Positions 36,587-50,265 of a DNA stretch of 64,000 nucleotides are shown one piece after another; the stretch's first letter is position 1, and each line of letters begins with the position of its first letter. The DNA is from Novakomyces olei (Eukaryota): positions 248,001 to 312,000 of the forward strand of contig JADEYG010000009.1 of assembly GCA_016906335.1 (NCBI GenBank). The letters are read 5' to 3'. Below the pieces are notes generated by a model that did no database searches, was not told the DNA's origin, and saw only the letters and a program-made list of their open reading frames with translations. The position numbers and the translations under genes are program-made.

Positions 36587-39490
36587 ATGCTTGACTACAC
36601 AAGCCTCGCAGACGACGCTAGTCGGTCTACCAGCCTGCTTCGGCTCGATGCCGCGCATATCCTTCTAGACCCAGGAGCAAGTGATGTTTTACGTGTCCCT
36701 GAATGGATATCAAACTTACCGGCACGCCCAGATCTGGTCTTGATTTCGCATGCAGATTTGGCACACTGCGGAGCGCTAGTCTACGGATTTCATTACCTCG
36801 GCTGGGATCAAAGTGCAATTTACGCAACTCTGCCAGTAGCCAACATGGGCCGTTTAGCTATGCATGATGCAGTTGCCTCCCGGCCAGCGCCAGATCCAAC
36901 AGAGCCGGGCTATGAGTCAATGGTAAACTTGACTCCAAGCATGATTGACGCTGCTTTTGATAGTGTAATTACTCTGCGCTACTCGCAGCCAGCTCACCTG
37001 GCAGGTAAGTGCAATTTAATTAATTAATTATTGATTTTTGATCAATTATTTATTTATAATTACAATTATTTATTATTACGATTATTTATATCACAATTGT
37101 TTTCTTTGCTAACAAAAGCTCGTTGTAATGGCATTACAATAACGGCATACAATGCGGGTCACTCGCTCGGAGGAGCGATTTGGAAAATTGTTAAAGACCT
37201 GGAGAGTATAGTTTACGCAGTGAACTGGAGCCATTCACGAGACCGTCATTTGCGTGCATCGGCTATTTACACAGAAGGCCATATACCCGAGTATTTGACC
37301 CGACCAAACCTTTTGGTCACAGATTCTTGCAATGCGCTTGTGCAGGTCCCTTCCAGGGCTAAAAGGCTCTCTGTGTTACAGGAATCCTGTATCTCTACTC
37401 TTAAAGCCGGAGGTTCTGTTCTTATCCCCATTGATGCAGCCACTCGTTGCCTTGAGCTTTGTCTTGTCCTGGACGGCCTATGGTCTGCCCCGGCCACTCG
37501 GGAACAACTGCCCAAGTCTTTACCGCCAATCGTATTTGTTTCTCCAGTAGCAGAGCAAGCACTGAGCTATGCAAAGAGCATGACTGAATGGATGAACGAC
37601 GCAATTGTCCAAGAGCACTCTGGAAATCCAAATCATAATAGCAGCAACGATAGTATCTTTGATTTGGCCAATATCAAAATCGTTCCCAGTCTTCAAGAAT
37701 TGCAAAAACTGCCTTCTGGCCCTAAGATTGTATTGGCTACCAGTTTAGACTTGAGTTGCGGAGCCTCACAATCAATTTTCTGTGGAGATAAAGGCAGCGA
37801 TGAGACGGCAATTTCAATGGGAATAGCCAGTGACCCCAAATCGCTACTGTTACTTACTCAAAGAGCACAGTACACCCAGTCTTCATTGGCCATGAAGCTA
37901 CTGAATGCCTGGGCCCATGCAGGCAGCAATGACCCCTTATTTTATGAGCAACTAGGATCGCTTTGTCCAGCTGAGCAGTTGGATTTAGCTGCTGATATTA
38001 CAGTCAGACGGAGAGTAGCCCTTCAAGGCGAAGAGCTGGAGGCCTTTCAGCAAGCAGAACAGCAACGTCGAGAACAGCAAGCTGAAAGATTGGCTCTGGA
38101 ATTGAGAAACAAGACAATCCTGGACGATCTTGAGGGCGATGAAGATAAGCACGATTTTGATAGTGATAGTGAGAGTGAGAGCAGCTTTGATGCTACACAG
38201 GATGGGCTTGGTAATGTGGATATGAGCAGTTTTAAAAAATATAATTCTAGTTCTAAACAAAACCGAAAAAAAGATCAGGTCAGTTCTACGGCTGCGGGAG
38301 AAACGCAGCTGGGCTCAGCTGCGCTAAGCGCAGGTTTCCGCACAGATCTGTATTTGACAGACCGAGAAGCTCTTTCGCAACTGCCTCCACGGTTTCTCAT
38401 GTTCCCGCATATCGAACGGAAGAGAAGGCGAATAGACGATTTTGGTGAAGCAATTGTGTTTGATGATTTTGCAGCAGCAGCAGCAGCAGCAGATCATCGT
38501 CAGCAGCAAGAGAAGCAAACACAGGACACTTTTGGCACTGTGCAAAACGACGTAGAAGCCAACAATATGGCGGACAGTGCCAAACGCAAATGGGATACAA
38601 GAGGGGACCACATGATGAAGGTAGGGTTAGGGTTTGGAGAGGCAGATAGTGGGGTGCCGACGAAAACGGTGGCGGAAACGCGGACATTGCGGGTCACGTG
38701 CCGGGTGCAGTATATTGACGTGGAAGGGCTGCACGACCGCCGATCCTTAAAGACAATTGTTCCCCAAGTAACGCCGAGGCAGATGGTGCTAGTAGGAGCA
38801 AGTGGAACAGAGCAGGACGATATGCGGGCGCACTGTGGGCAAATGAAGGCCTTTACGACCCACGTTTATTGTACTAGTGAACTGGGAAACAAGACTTTGG
38901 ATGTTAGTGTGGCAGTAAAGGCATTTTCGCTGCAAATTGCAGAGGCGCTTGTCCGTACATTGCACTGGAAGCGGATACAGGACCGGCAAATTGCTCATGT
39001 AGTTGGCCGAGTGGGACAGGCAGCTGATGGGCCCATTGAGAAAGCGGCAGAGAAAATGGAAGAAGTTCAAGAGAAAAACCAAGACGAAGAAGAGCAGGAT
39101 ACTGACCAGAATGGGAGCAATAAAGTCAGCAGCACCAACCTATCAGAGGCAAATGACAATGAAATAAAAACGAAATCAAACACTACCAAATCCGGAGAAA
39201 ACCCTGCAAGCCTGACTCTGCTCCCGCTTGACACTGGTGCAAAAGGAACCACCGGGTCAAGTGTTTCCGGACGATCGCTCTTTGTCGGCGACGTAAAGCT
39301 CTCTGATGTCCGGCAAACCCTGCAATCGCTCGGCGTGACTGCTGAATTTCGAGGCGAGGGTGTTCTTTTGTGTGGGGGCCAAGTGGCCCTGCGCAAAGCT
39401 GCAGCCGGACGAGTCCTTATCGATGGACAGCCTTGTGATGAGTTTTATACTGTAAGAAGGGCAGTTTACGATATGCTTGCCAGTGTCTAG
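36587..39490 (+). CDS. CFT2: Cleavage and polyadenylation factor CPSF100, 2 exons (intron 37005-37118)
   Basis: Inactive MBL fold ILLDPG, LISHADLAHCGAL, YATLPVANMGR, AYNAGHSLGGAIWKI; MFP...DDFGE; IDVEGLHDRRSL; C-terminal GDVKLSDVR..AEFRGEGVL. Confidence 0.93.
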
Positions 39491-39786
39491 TTTGCACTGT
39501 TGCCGGTTTACATTGGCCTTGTTTGATATGGATGATTGCGCCTTTGTACATTATCATTATACTCTAAACATTGATTGTGGAAATAACAGCAATCAGATAC
39601 ACACAGGTCACGTATGGCACATACATAATTTGTACGCCAGAGAGGTAAAGTTGCTTTACGCTTTATAAAAATAGCAAATTAAAAACCAACCAGTTCATCT
39701 ATTCATACCAAACCATTCGCTCGCTTATAATAAACCTTTCCCCGTCAATACCTCTGCCAATCGTACACGGCTCCATCTCGACTCTA

Positions 39787-40722
39787 TCATGAACCATGAC
39801 GACGCAATTCTGCTGCTTCCAGCTTCTCCTGCGCTTCCGCCTCTCGTCGTTCCTCAACACTTAAACCCGCACGCAATTTTGAGTTTAGCGCGTTCAGTAT
39901 TACTTGCACTTCTCCACTGCTGCTCACGTAATCAGGCACGTAACGCGCAGTGACGTCAGCAGCCCCGTCGTACGCGTAGGCGACGCATAGCGACATGTGT
40001 TTACCCCAGTCACGTGCGTACATCAGTGGCCTATCAAACGCGCCCTCGCAGCTGTCAACGTGTATCCACCTTTGTTTACGCGTCGAGTATATCTCTGTCC
40101 ACACGTGATCTTCCCGGCACCAAACGTACCGAACGCGTACTCCAAGCGCGCGGCATAACAACGTAAAACAATTGGCAAATTCGCCACAGCGACCCCTTCG
40201 CTGTAGTACATCGTTACGCGTTGCTTCTGCCACTCCGGGAGCGCTTAATAACGCGACCGCGTCATTAGCGCGTGGAAATCTTTCCGTGTGCCCACAGTTG
40301 CTACAGACAAAGGTCTCTGTTCGCGTAGTGCCACAGCGCGCCTCTGCCGGCGTTGGCGATTTGACTCCAGTTGGGGTTAGGGTTTTATTGGGCGAATGAC
40401 AGGCGGTACACGCGGCCGGAACTGCTTGCACAAATGTAAAGAATTCTCCATGAAACCAAGCGAGCACGCGTTGCACTAAATGATCGGTAAAAGACCATTC
40501 GTCATTGGCGTCTTCAGCCTGCTCCGCCTCACTGTAAAGCCTTTCTAGTGGCATTACACTCAAAGCCGCCTCTTGAACTGCATTGTCCTCATACGCAAGC
40601 ACTATTCCCGCAGTGCTTTGAAGCTGCAAGTATAGAGGACTGTGGCGGATACTTGTACGTTTCCGCTGTGACATTAGCTCGGCGAACCGAGTCGTCATTG
40701 ACTGAATCAGTCCGGCGTCCAT
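39787..40722 (-). CDS. PNG1: Cytoplasmic peptide:N-glycanase
   Basis: Two CxxC zinc motifs, RFPRAND, catalytic triad RGRCGEF, EDHVWTEIY, WIHVDSCE; DWGK.MS, DVTARY. Confidence 0.92.
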   Translation of the reverse strand: MDAGLIQSMTTRFAELMSQRKRTSIRHSPLYLQLQSTAGIVLAYEDNAVQEAALSVMPLERLYSEAEQAEDANDEWSFTDHLVQRVLAWFHGEFFTFVQAVPAACTACHSPNKTLTPTGVKSPTPAEARCGTTRTETFVCSNCGHTERFPRANDAVALLSAPGVAEATRNDVLQRRGRCGEFANCFTLLCRALGVRVRYVWCREDHVWTEIYSTRKQRWIHVDSCEGAFDRPLMYARDWGKHMSLCVAYAYDGAADVTARYVPDYVSSSGEVQVILNALNSKLRAGLSVEERREAEAQEKLEAAELRRHGS

Positions 40723-41026
40723 ATTGCTGCAGGCTCACCGTACTAATCGATGAGAATATAAATCTATGAATAAATGGTATATTAATTACAATAAAAAGTT
40801 ATAATAATAAAATTATTATAATGGTAACTTTGTTACGATGAATAATTATAACGGTAACTTAATTACAATTATAATGATGATAACGATTAAATAAATATAA
40901 TATTTGTTAAAGGGAATACAAATAGCGGTATAATATATAATACTATATAATATATTTAATACGGGGTACTACAAAGTATAAACACGGGCAAGGCAGCTTT
41001 ACACAGATTGAATAATTGAAATTAAA

Positions 41027-41934
41027 TCACCCAACTGTCCTCCACAGAATGGCATAGTCCAAAGAGCCGCTGGTGCATCGCTGCCGGCGGCGTTGCAGTT
41101 TCTGTAGAATTTTTTGTGGACTTGTGAGCCTGTTTAAATCGTTTTCAAAGACAAAGTTGTGATGAGCGTAAAACTGCTGGGCCGTATAATTGCTTAAAAA
41201 GACCGTCAGAGCCAAGTAGGGGACGTGCAGGTTGCGAGCGAGCTGTAGCAGCGTCTGCAAAAGAATTGTTCCGGCCCCGTGTCCCCGCCATTCGGGGATT
41301 ATATGCAGCTCGTACCTGTTGATTAGAAGGCGCCCAACAAGACAAATAAAAGGCAAATTTAAACAAAAGCAACTGTATACGCGAAAACAGATAAATGGTA
41401 TTGCTATACACGTAAAAGCAGACACGGTCTGACTCGGTAGTAGGCTGAAAACTGAGGAATCCGGCCAAAGCGTCGTTATTTCGCAAAAGGAGAAAACGCG
41501 TAGCCGGTTCACGCATCTCGCGCCGTTTACGCGCCGCGGACCAGCCAAAGCTGGAGGTTTTATAGCTAAATTAATTAGATTGGAGGCGCTTAGTTGAAAG
41601 GGCAAAAGGAGCAAGCAAGTAAAGACAGTCTCCAAAGACAGTAGACTATATTGAGTTGTAACATAAACAGAGCAAAAGCCAGCGAAACAAAAGGCAATAG
41701 AGAATCTGATTACCTGTGCATAAGATTGTCGCGAACCATGTTGAAGCACACTTCCAGCGTAGCGCTATCGAGCTCGTCTACTCGAGCCAAGTGCACTGTC
41801 ACGTCCGCCCGTCTAGAAATATTAATAATAAACTTGAAAGGTCTGCGTAAGTACACTGCTCCCGCTTGCGTGCATTGTGAGCTAAGAGCGGCCCGTAGAT
41901 CGTCGCCAGAAAGTTGGGTAAGTGCCTCTTCCAT
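41027..41934 (-). CDS. NAT4: N-alpha-acetyltransferase 40 (NatD; histone H4/H2A), 3-4 exons
   Basis: CFNMVRDNLMHR, W...KRREMREP..RFLLL, AGFLSF, YELHI..EWRGHGAG (acetyl-CoA motif), LTVFLSN..AQQFY, YAIL. Confidence 0.85.
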
Positions 41935-42220
41935 TCATTAGAGCGATTGTTCCGTTCTTTACGCGACCAAAGTTTATTGTGGCCGACTATGTCGATCGAT
42001 TCAGAGTCAATTGGCCTTCATAAACAAGACATTTAATTTGGCCGCTATAATACGCTTTTTACGCTTTATGCGCTTATTCTTTTACGCTTATTCATACAAT
42101 GGCAGAAACGCGTTAAATACCCGGCACAAAATCCTACAAGTCACTTTAATGTATAGAGAGCATAAATTATCATCGAGTAAAGTCTCGAAGCCTTATAGGT
42201 TTGCCGTCTAAATTAATGCT

Positions 42221-42720
42221 ATGCTTAGACGCACAATGAGCACTGCCGCGGGTCCAGTGGAGCAGTCAATTCGGCAAAAGGTAAGCTGCCAGTCAATTTT
42301 ATTCGTATTTTTCTTTGCAGTATAGGTCAGAAAAGGCCAGTCGCCTTTTCGACTTTTAAGCGTCTCTGCACTACAAGTCTTCAATCACGTTATGTATAGT
42401 CGCTCACGGCTTAGCTGACGGACGCGCTGCGGCCGAAAACATTAAATGTTTTTAATGACTCGTACAAGCACGCGCACCATAAAGCCATGAAGGGCGTCAA
42501 CAACCCCGAGTCTCACTTTCGGTAAGGCCGAATGTGCTTGTGCGCCATACGGATGTGACACTAACACGCGTCAAGAGTGGAAATAGTAAGCGCTGCTTTT
42601 GAGGGTCGACCCCGTGTGCAAAGGCATCGTATGGTATACTCAGCCCTGTCTGAAGAGTTTGCCCACGGTTTACACGCTTTGCAATTGGACACAAAGACTG
42701 AAGAGGAGGTGAAGACGTAG
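42221..42720 (+). CDS. uvi31: BolA-like protein (Uvi31/Bol1), 3 exons
   Basis: Spliced MLRRTMSTAAGPVEQSIRQK-LTDALRPKTLNVFNDSYKHAHHKAMKGVNNPESHFR-VEIVSAAFEGRPRVQRHRMVYSALSEEFAHGLHALQLDTKT. Absent from the ORF track. Confidence 0.9.
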
Positions 42721-43788
42721 CACTTGATGACATACAATGGCAAGTTTCTGAGGGCGGGCAGATACGGATTGACGCCTGTCATGGATTATGGGAAAAGATG
42801 ACTACATTTATGTATGGCCTTCAAGGATAAGGTTGGAAATAGTGCCTTTTATCCATTGGCTTTCCTTGGCTTTCCTGGATGGCGGGGAGCGTTGAGCAAG
42901 AAATACGTGCCATAGTGTGTCGTATGATTCTTGGAAACGCCTTGTAGATGACATAAATGATTGATTTTACGTGGCATGATAGATTGACAGGCAAAAAAAA
43001 GGAGGAAAAAAATAAAAAAAAAATAGCAAATAAATTAAAAAAATAATAATAATAAATGAATGAATGAATGAATGAATAAATAAATAAATAATTAGACGCC
43101 AGCAAACCTGCTTAATTACCCTCCTTGACTCGAGTCGTATTTGTTTTACTGTGTTTCTCATTTGTAGTTTCAACTAGGGTTGCGCTATATTGCTTAGGAG
43201 TTTTGTGCTACGCTACAGCCAAACTATAAATAATGCGTCAAAACTAATAAATTTGAATTTCAAGGAGAAAATGAAACACGCTTTCTAGCGACGCTCGCTT
43301 GACTATTACTGTCCCAACAACTATGTAGTAACTGGTTCAAGGAAATATACTATATATATCATTACCACTTGCATAGAATAATTTTATCCCCATACTAAAC
43401 TGACCCGTTTAAAGGGTGCAGCATCGCTTGCAAGACACTGAAGTTCTCAATACAAAGGACCGACAAGGCGGAGCGCCAACGTTTGCAGCTTAATAAAATG
43501 TCGGTAGCAAAAGGCAGAGAGCTGTGCAGATCAATGCACGTGATATATCTACGTCATTGTTGCCGGGGCAACGATTTATGGTTGCCTGTGTTTACAAGTG
43601 TCGTCATCCACCTTCCGCTTTGAGGCATAGAACGACTATTTAACGAAAACGATTAGCCGCAAAAAGTACGTAATTATCTGTAAACACAGAACCGTCAACT
43701 GGCTGGTATATATAAAATATAATTATAAATATCAAGTTCTATACATCCTTCTTTTCCTTCTCGTCTCGATTCTATCTTTGACGCAAAA

Positions 43789-45089
43789 ATGTAAGACTTT
43801 GCCTTCGGTTCTTGAAGCTTTAGCTTTAATCCTTTTCTTGAAAGCCTTTGCAAGCGTAGGGGGCTAATTTTTAACCATTGACTCCCGATTTCAACAGAAT
43901 TTTACCCGGTTTCTGGGGGCCCTTTTTACGCTTTCTCCGTTTTTTGAGTTACCATTCCATATTGTTTGATCCCGTTAGACAGGACAGCTTTTCAGGTCGC
44001 CTTTGTACTCAATTGTGCCTTCTTGGCCATTCTTTTTCATTTCATTTTGCGTACGAAATTACCGATTTTTCGGCTCATTACTGCACTCGGCTCGTTTTCT
44101 CCACTTTTACGTTTTTCTTCAATTTTTATGGTTTCCTTGTACGATATAGTGCACAAGTCGTCTAACGTATATTCAGGCATCGTTCTTATTCTATGCGCCA
44201 ATCGCGTGCGCCTACGGCCTCGCAAGCAGCGGCAGGTGGCCCTCCGCCTGCTTCGCGTCTTCACCACCGGCTGTTTGACACCACCAGCTTTTCCAATGCC
44301 ATTCGTCGCAAGGCAATTCAGTCGTCAGGCGCACCAGAGTCCTCTAAGCGTATGGCTCTTTTGATCAAAGCAGAAAAGGCCGTTTTGCAAAGCCAAGATA
44401 CGGCAGCGACTCAGCGCAAAGAAGCAGCTCAGCAGCTTTCTGCTTGGGGCGAACATACTGACGACGATATTAGTGATATTACTGATAAATTGGGTGTTTT
44501 GCTCTACGAAATTGGCGAACTTGAAACTAACGTGGTCGACCATTTTGATGCGCATCGTACTGAGCTCAAAAAAATCCGTAATATTGAAGGGAGCGTGCAG
44601 CCGTGCCATGAGCGTAAACAAAAGATTCTGGATGAGATTTACTTTTTGCGCCACAAGGATCCGCAGTCCCCTAAACTGACAACTTTGGAACAGGAGCTTG
44701 TCCGTGCGGAAGCTGAGACTTTGGTGGCTGATGCTCAATTGGCGAATATTACGCGTCACGAGTTCAAGAACGTTTATGCTGCCAAACTGGATGTGCTGGC
44801 TGAGTACGCTGAAAAAATGGCTATTATTACAAACCATGGACGCCAATTGTTAGATTTGATTGATGATTCTCCCATCAACCCGGGCGAGACAAAGTCGGCT
44901 TATGACGGCTATGAAACAAGCAAACAAATCATCTTGGATGCGGAAACGGAGCTCAACAACTGGACTGTTGACAAATCCATTCTCGGACCGGCCTCGCGAC
45001 TGAGTGTACGCAATGGCGAAGCACAGCAGGAAGAGTCTATCTATGGTGCGGATGAGGCACACCCTGAAGGTCAGGAAGTTCAAATTTGA
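43789..45089 (+). CDS. PIL1: Eisosome BAR-domain protein Pil1/Lsp1; start codon split by intron 43791-44176
   Basis: AT|G join gives MHRSYSMRQSRAPTASQ; QLSAWGE..DDDISDITDKLGVL, LEQELVRAEAE, YDGYE.SKQII.DAE. Confidence 0.95.
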
Positions 45090-46116
45090 AAGCAGTCTCT
45101 ACACCCTTACTCTCCCAAATAGGGTCTGTCTTCATTTTATTTTTGTTCTCTCAAATGAGTAAAATAATTGTTTATTGTCCATTTATATTTTCTTTCCTTT
45201 CTGCCAGCCTCAGCTGGATTTATCTTGGCAACAATACGATTGTTTCAATGTTTATTACCGTTTTTACTTTTGTAATTATTATATTATTTTGGCAGAGAAC
45301 AAAGGCTGACGTTAATAATCTGATGCATTGTATGGAATATCCAATTCCGTACATATATTTATTCTTTGTTTCCGTATCAAACAGACCATGAATCGGAACA
45401 CCATCAAGTAGAAGAAGAGGAAAGCAAGGATGAACCTGCTCCTGTTCTTTCCTCATGAATTAAATGAATCCGACGGACATTTGGAAATATTGTTTTGTGC
45501 GACATGTGTTTTCAGAACGGATTGAAAGCAAATTTTTTGTGCTAGACAATGATTTTGTATGCGTCAAAGCCAAATCTTGACGTGGAGCAGCGAAACAGAC
45601 CCCAAAAAATAAATAAAAGGGGAAGAAAAAAGGAAGCGTTGATCGATTCTTTTTCTACTTTGAATTATCTGTTTTTATGGTATTTTCGTTTAAATTTTCG
45701 CTCCTCGTCGGTTTTTTGCGATTTGTCACCAGCTGGTAATTTTTGATTTACATTTTAGTATTGTGTTCAGTGTAATATTAGTCCTATTGCCAATATTTAC
45801 CCTCTTTGTTTGGATTTGCCACAACGACTGGTTTCTAAAATCTAGTGTCCAGATACGATAATATATATAATCGCTCACGATATGTCGGCGTTTAATGTAT
45901 GTGGCCTTTTAGTAATTGTTAAATCAGTATGTAAATAATTAGTTGATTAGTTCATATACTTATTGACTTGTTGACCTCTTGAGTGATTATTGTTATACAA
46001 TAAATAATTATACTATAGCAACATATACTATAGTAGTAAACTACCGGCGAGGCCCTTTTCCCTAATTTTTGTCAAATGAATCATAGGCAAAACTCTCTCA
46101 TCAATACACAGCCAAC

Positions 46117-47955
46117 ATGACTATTTCCCCGCAAAGACGAGGCCATCGCGAGCAAACGCGGAAAATTCAAAAAAACCATGTGCGACAATCGGCTGCACCA
46201 GAATCGTGTTTGCACACGCAAAAACTGCCGTCTCTTGAGAAAGTACAAGGCAAATACTACGGGCAACAGAACGAGAACGATTATTACAGCGACGGGAGAA
46301 CAGAGGGCGAGAAGCAAAAAAATGCCAAATTTTCCGAGCACAAAGTGGGCAAAGCACACTTGGGACCTATCGCACCGGCCGAGGACAAAAGTAAAGGGAG
46401 TGCAGTCTGTACTGAACAAGATTATTCGCCTTTGAAGAGCAATTCTGAGTTTAATTCTGATTTTACTTTTAAAAATCCTCAAAAGTTTCAGAATCGGCAC
46501 GAGGACCATCCTGAATCACACCATTTTGCAGGGCAAAAAGTCACGGGTCTAGCAAGCAAACAAAGCGTCGAAAAGGACGCGACAGCAGCAGCAAAGAGTG
46601 CCTTCACTATAAGCAAAAAGATTTGGATTACTTCGCCGCCAACACAGAGCCAACGCCTCACAATATGGGCCCAGCAAAGACGTGCTCAGCACCGACTTTC
46701 AGCAATCTTGGCTCGTGGCCAAAAAAATTATTGCTATTTCACCAAAAAAAGCAGTAAAATCAGCAGTGCAAGAAGAGCAAGCAAGAGCAAAAAATTCCCT
46801 CTTGTTTGGTCAAGGCGCAGAAAACAGCCTCAGTCCAATCAATCCCGATTTAAAGAGACCCTTAGACGAGCGAGTCGTACAATCATCCTGCGCCACGATA
46901 TTTCAAGCCAAGGCGGACTGCGGCGTCGCGTTGCTAGAGCTTTACAAGAGCTTACAAGCAACGTAATTGCCGTAGGCAAAGTGAGAGGACGGCGGCTGCG
47001 TCTACCACGCAGCCGAGGACTCGTGCAAAAGTTTCTTTGCACTCTCCATAACTTGACAGGCGATATTAAGAGACGCACGACGGGCGCACGACCTTACATT
47101 TCGGGACCCGTGCACTTGTCATCTCGAGACAGCGTCCAGATTAACCCTAACCCTATCAACATTGGTATAGTTGACATCGACCCAGACCCAAGTGGGCGAA
47201 TTGCCGCAGGTGGGTCAATAGTCAGCAAGACACTACAACGCAAGACTATGAAACGCAAACCAAAGCCGGTGGAGCCTTCACAACTGGAAACGCCTTCACA
47301 GCTAAGCGAACCGCAAATTGCGTTCAGTCAGACGCAAAAGACCCGAAAAGAAAAGAGCCCGCTGGACGAGGTAGCACACGTGTTTTCTGGTCTACGTATA
47401 CAGGAGAGAGCAGGGAAGCCAGACCAAATATCGTCTCATTATAAATTATCGGGCAAGACAAAATCGGCTCTATACGACAGCCACAAGCAGACTAGTCAAA
47501 GCGCTGCTGGCAATAGAACAGCGTCTTGCTGTCCGGGCTCAAGCAGTGTCCATACAGCCAGCAAAGCGCACGGCAAGAAGGGCAGTACAGAGCAGGACAA
47601 AGAGGGCGCAACAGGGCTGCGAGATAGAACTGAGCAAATACAGAAAATCGAAGAGCATCAGAAGCAGAGGACAGTTTTACGTGAAAGGCCGATTTCAGGG
47701 TTTAAGAATAAAAGCACAAGCAAGCATGATTTGAAAAAGATCGAGCCAGCAGAGCAGCTGCAACTGTCATTGAAATACACAGAGGCACACCGTCAAAGCA
47801 GTGTGTACAGCGAGCAGACTGATCCATTGGAGGTAGAAAACGGCGATACTTTGCGAAAGACGCACAAGAGTATCATTAGGGACAGTGGCCGATGGTCGCG
47901 GAATTCGTGGGAGTCTTTGATGGAGGGCAAGTCGGGTTCGCGTTCGTTCATCTAA
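46117..47955 (+). CDS. Hypothetical basic, Ser/Lys/Arg-rich disordered protein (612 aa)
   Basis: 1.8-kb uninterrupted ATG-initiated ORF with coding-like GC content; no recognisable domain. Confidence 0.6.
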   Translation: MTISPQRRGHREQTRKIQKNHVRQSAAPESCLHTQKLPSLEKVQGKYYGQQNENDYYSDGRTEGEKQKNAKFSEHKVGKAHLGPIAPAEDKSKGSAVCTEQDYSPLKSNSEFNSDFTFKNPQKFQNRHEDHPESHHFAGQKVTGLASKQSVEKDATAAAKSAFTISKKIWITSPPTQSQRLTIWAQQRRAQHRLSAILARGQKNYCYFTKKSSKISSARRASKSKKFPLVWSRRRKQPQSNQSRFKETLRRASRTIILRHDISSQGGLRRRVARALQELTSNVIAVGKVRGRRLRLPRSRGLVQKFLCTLHNLTGDIKRRTTGARPYISGPVHLSSRDSVQINPNPINIGIVDIDPDPSGRIAAGGSIVSKTLQRKTMKRKPKPVEPSQLETPSQLSEPQIAFSQTQKTRKEKSPLDEVAHVFSGLRIQERAGKPDQISSHYKLSGKTKSALYDSHKQTSQSAAGNRTASCCPGSSSVHTASKAHGKKGSTEQDKEGATGLRDRTEQIQKIEEHQKQRTVLRERPISGFKNKSTSKHDLKKIEPAEQLQLSLKYTEAHRQSSVYSEQTDPLEVENGDTLRKTHKSIIRDSGRWSRNSWESLMEGKSGSRSFI

Positions 47956-48691
47956 AATCAATTAAAACCTAACCATAAAAGATTCCAAATCCCGAGATTC
48001 TCGTCCGCGAGATCTTGTGCTTGTAACTGTTAGCTTTTGCAACGAATAGTCTGGCCAATTGCTCGTAGATTATAGACGATCAGCCAGTTTCTGGTAGACG
48101 GACGACGACAAGAGTTGCAGTAATCTGTCGCAGGTTGTATGGATTAATTATTCTTTTAACTACTCTAGTTTTTTGTATTTATTATTATTGTGCTGTATTT
48201 TTGACGAATTTTTGACAAAACTTAGACAAAGTCAAAGACGGGCCCGTAAAAGTAGGGAGGGCCGTGTGTTTGGCCACGTAATTGAGCACTGTATCGATAC
48301 TACGTATGTGCAAGAAAACCCTGACCACAAGCAGAGCGACTTTAATGCGGCTCATGATGCCTTATCGCTTACTTTACATATATATACGCAATAAATTACG
48401 ATATACACAACAGGGTTTTCTGCCCCACCAGTATGTCATCTATAAAAGGCTGCCCGAAACCGTAATCGGCAAACCGACAGCTGAGGCGGCATTAGACAAC
48501 GAGCGACTGTCGGCCAAACGTTCGCAAAGTTTTCCTGTTCAGATCTGTCAAAGGCTCTTAAGCATTTACTCTCGAATCCTCCTCCTTTTTTTCCATTTTT
48601 AGTACCGCGCACGCAATACTTTTTCGAGTATCTGCCTTTCTTTCTGAATATCTGCCGTTCTTTCTGAATATCTACCTCTAGACTCGTTTGA

Positions 48692-49948
<1,257 letters not shown>

Positions 49949-50265
49949 AGCGGCACTCGCGATGCGTAGTCAAGTGTGACAAGTCTCGACGCAAAGCAGT
50001 AATATTGTTATCATTTATGATTATTTTTATATTTTCTCCTAGTAAATTGTTCATTTATTGTTTGCCATTATTTAATCTTAATAAACTTTATTTTTTTCTT
50101 TGACGAACAGTTTTCTTCGAGATGTAAAGAGGTAAATTTATGGGATTAGTGCAAACCGTATAAACAAGTATAATTGCCGACTATATACATTTCAACGTAA
50201 ATATTGAAAAATAAAAAAATAAAAAAATAATAATATAAATAAATAAACAATCAACTATTCAATCA

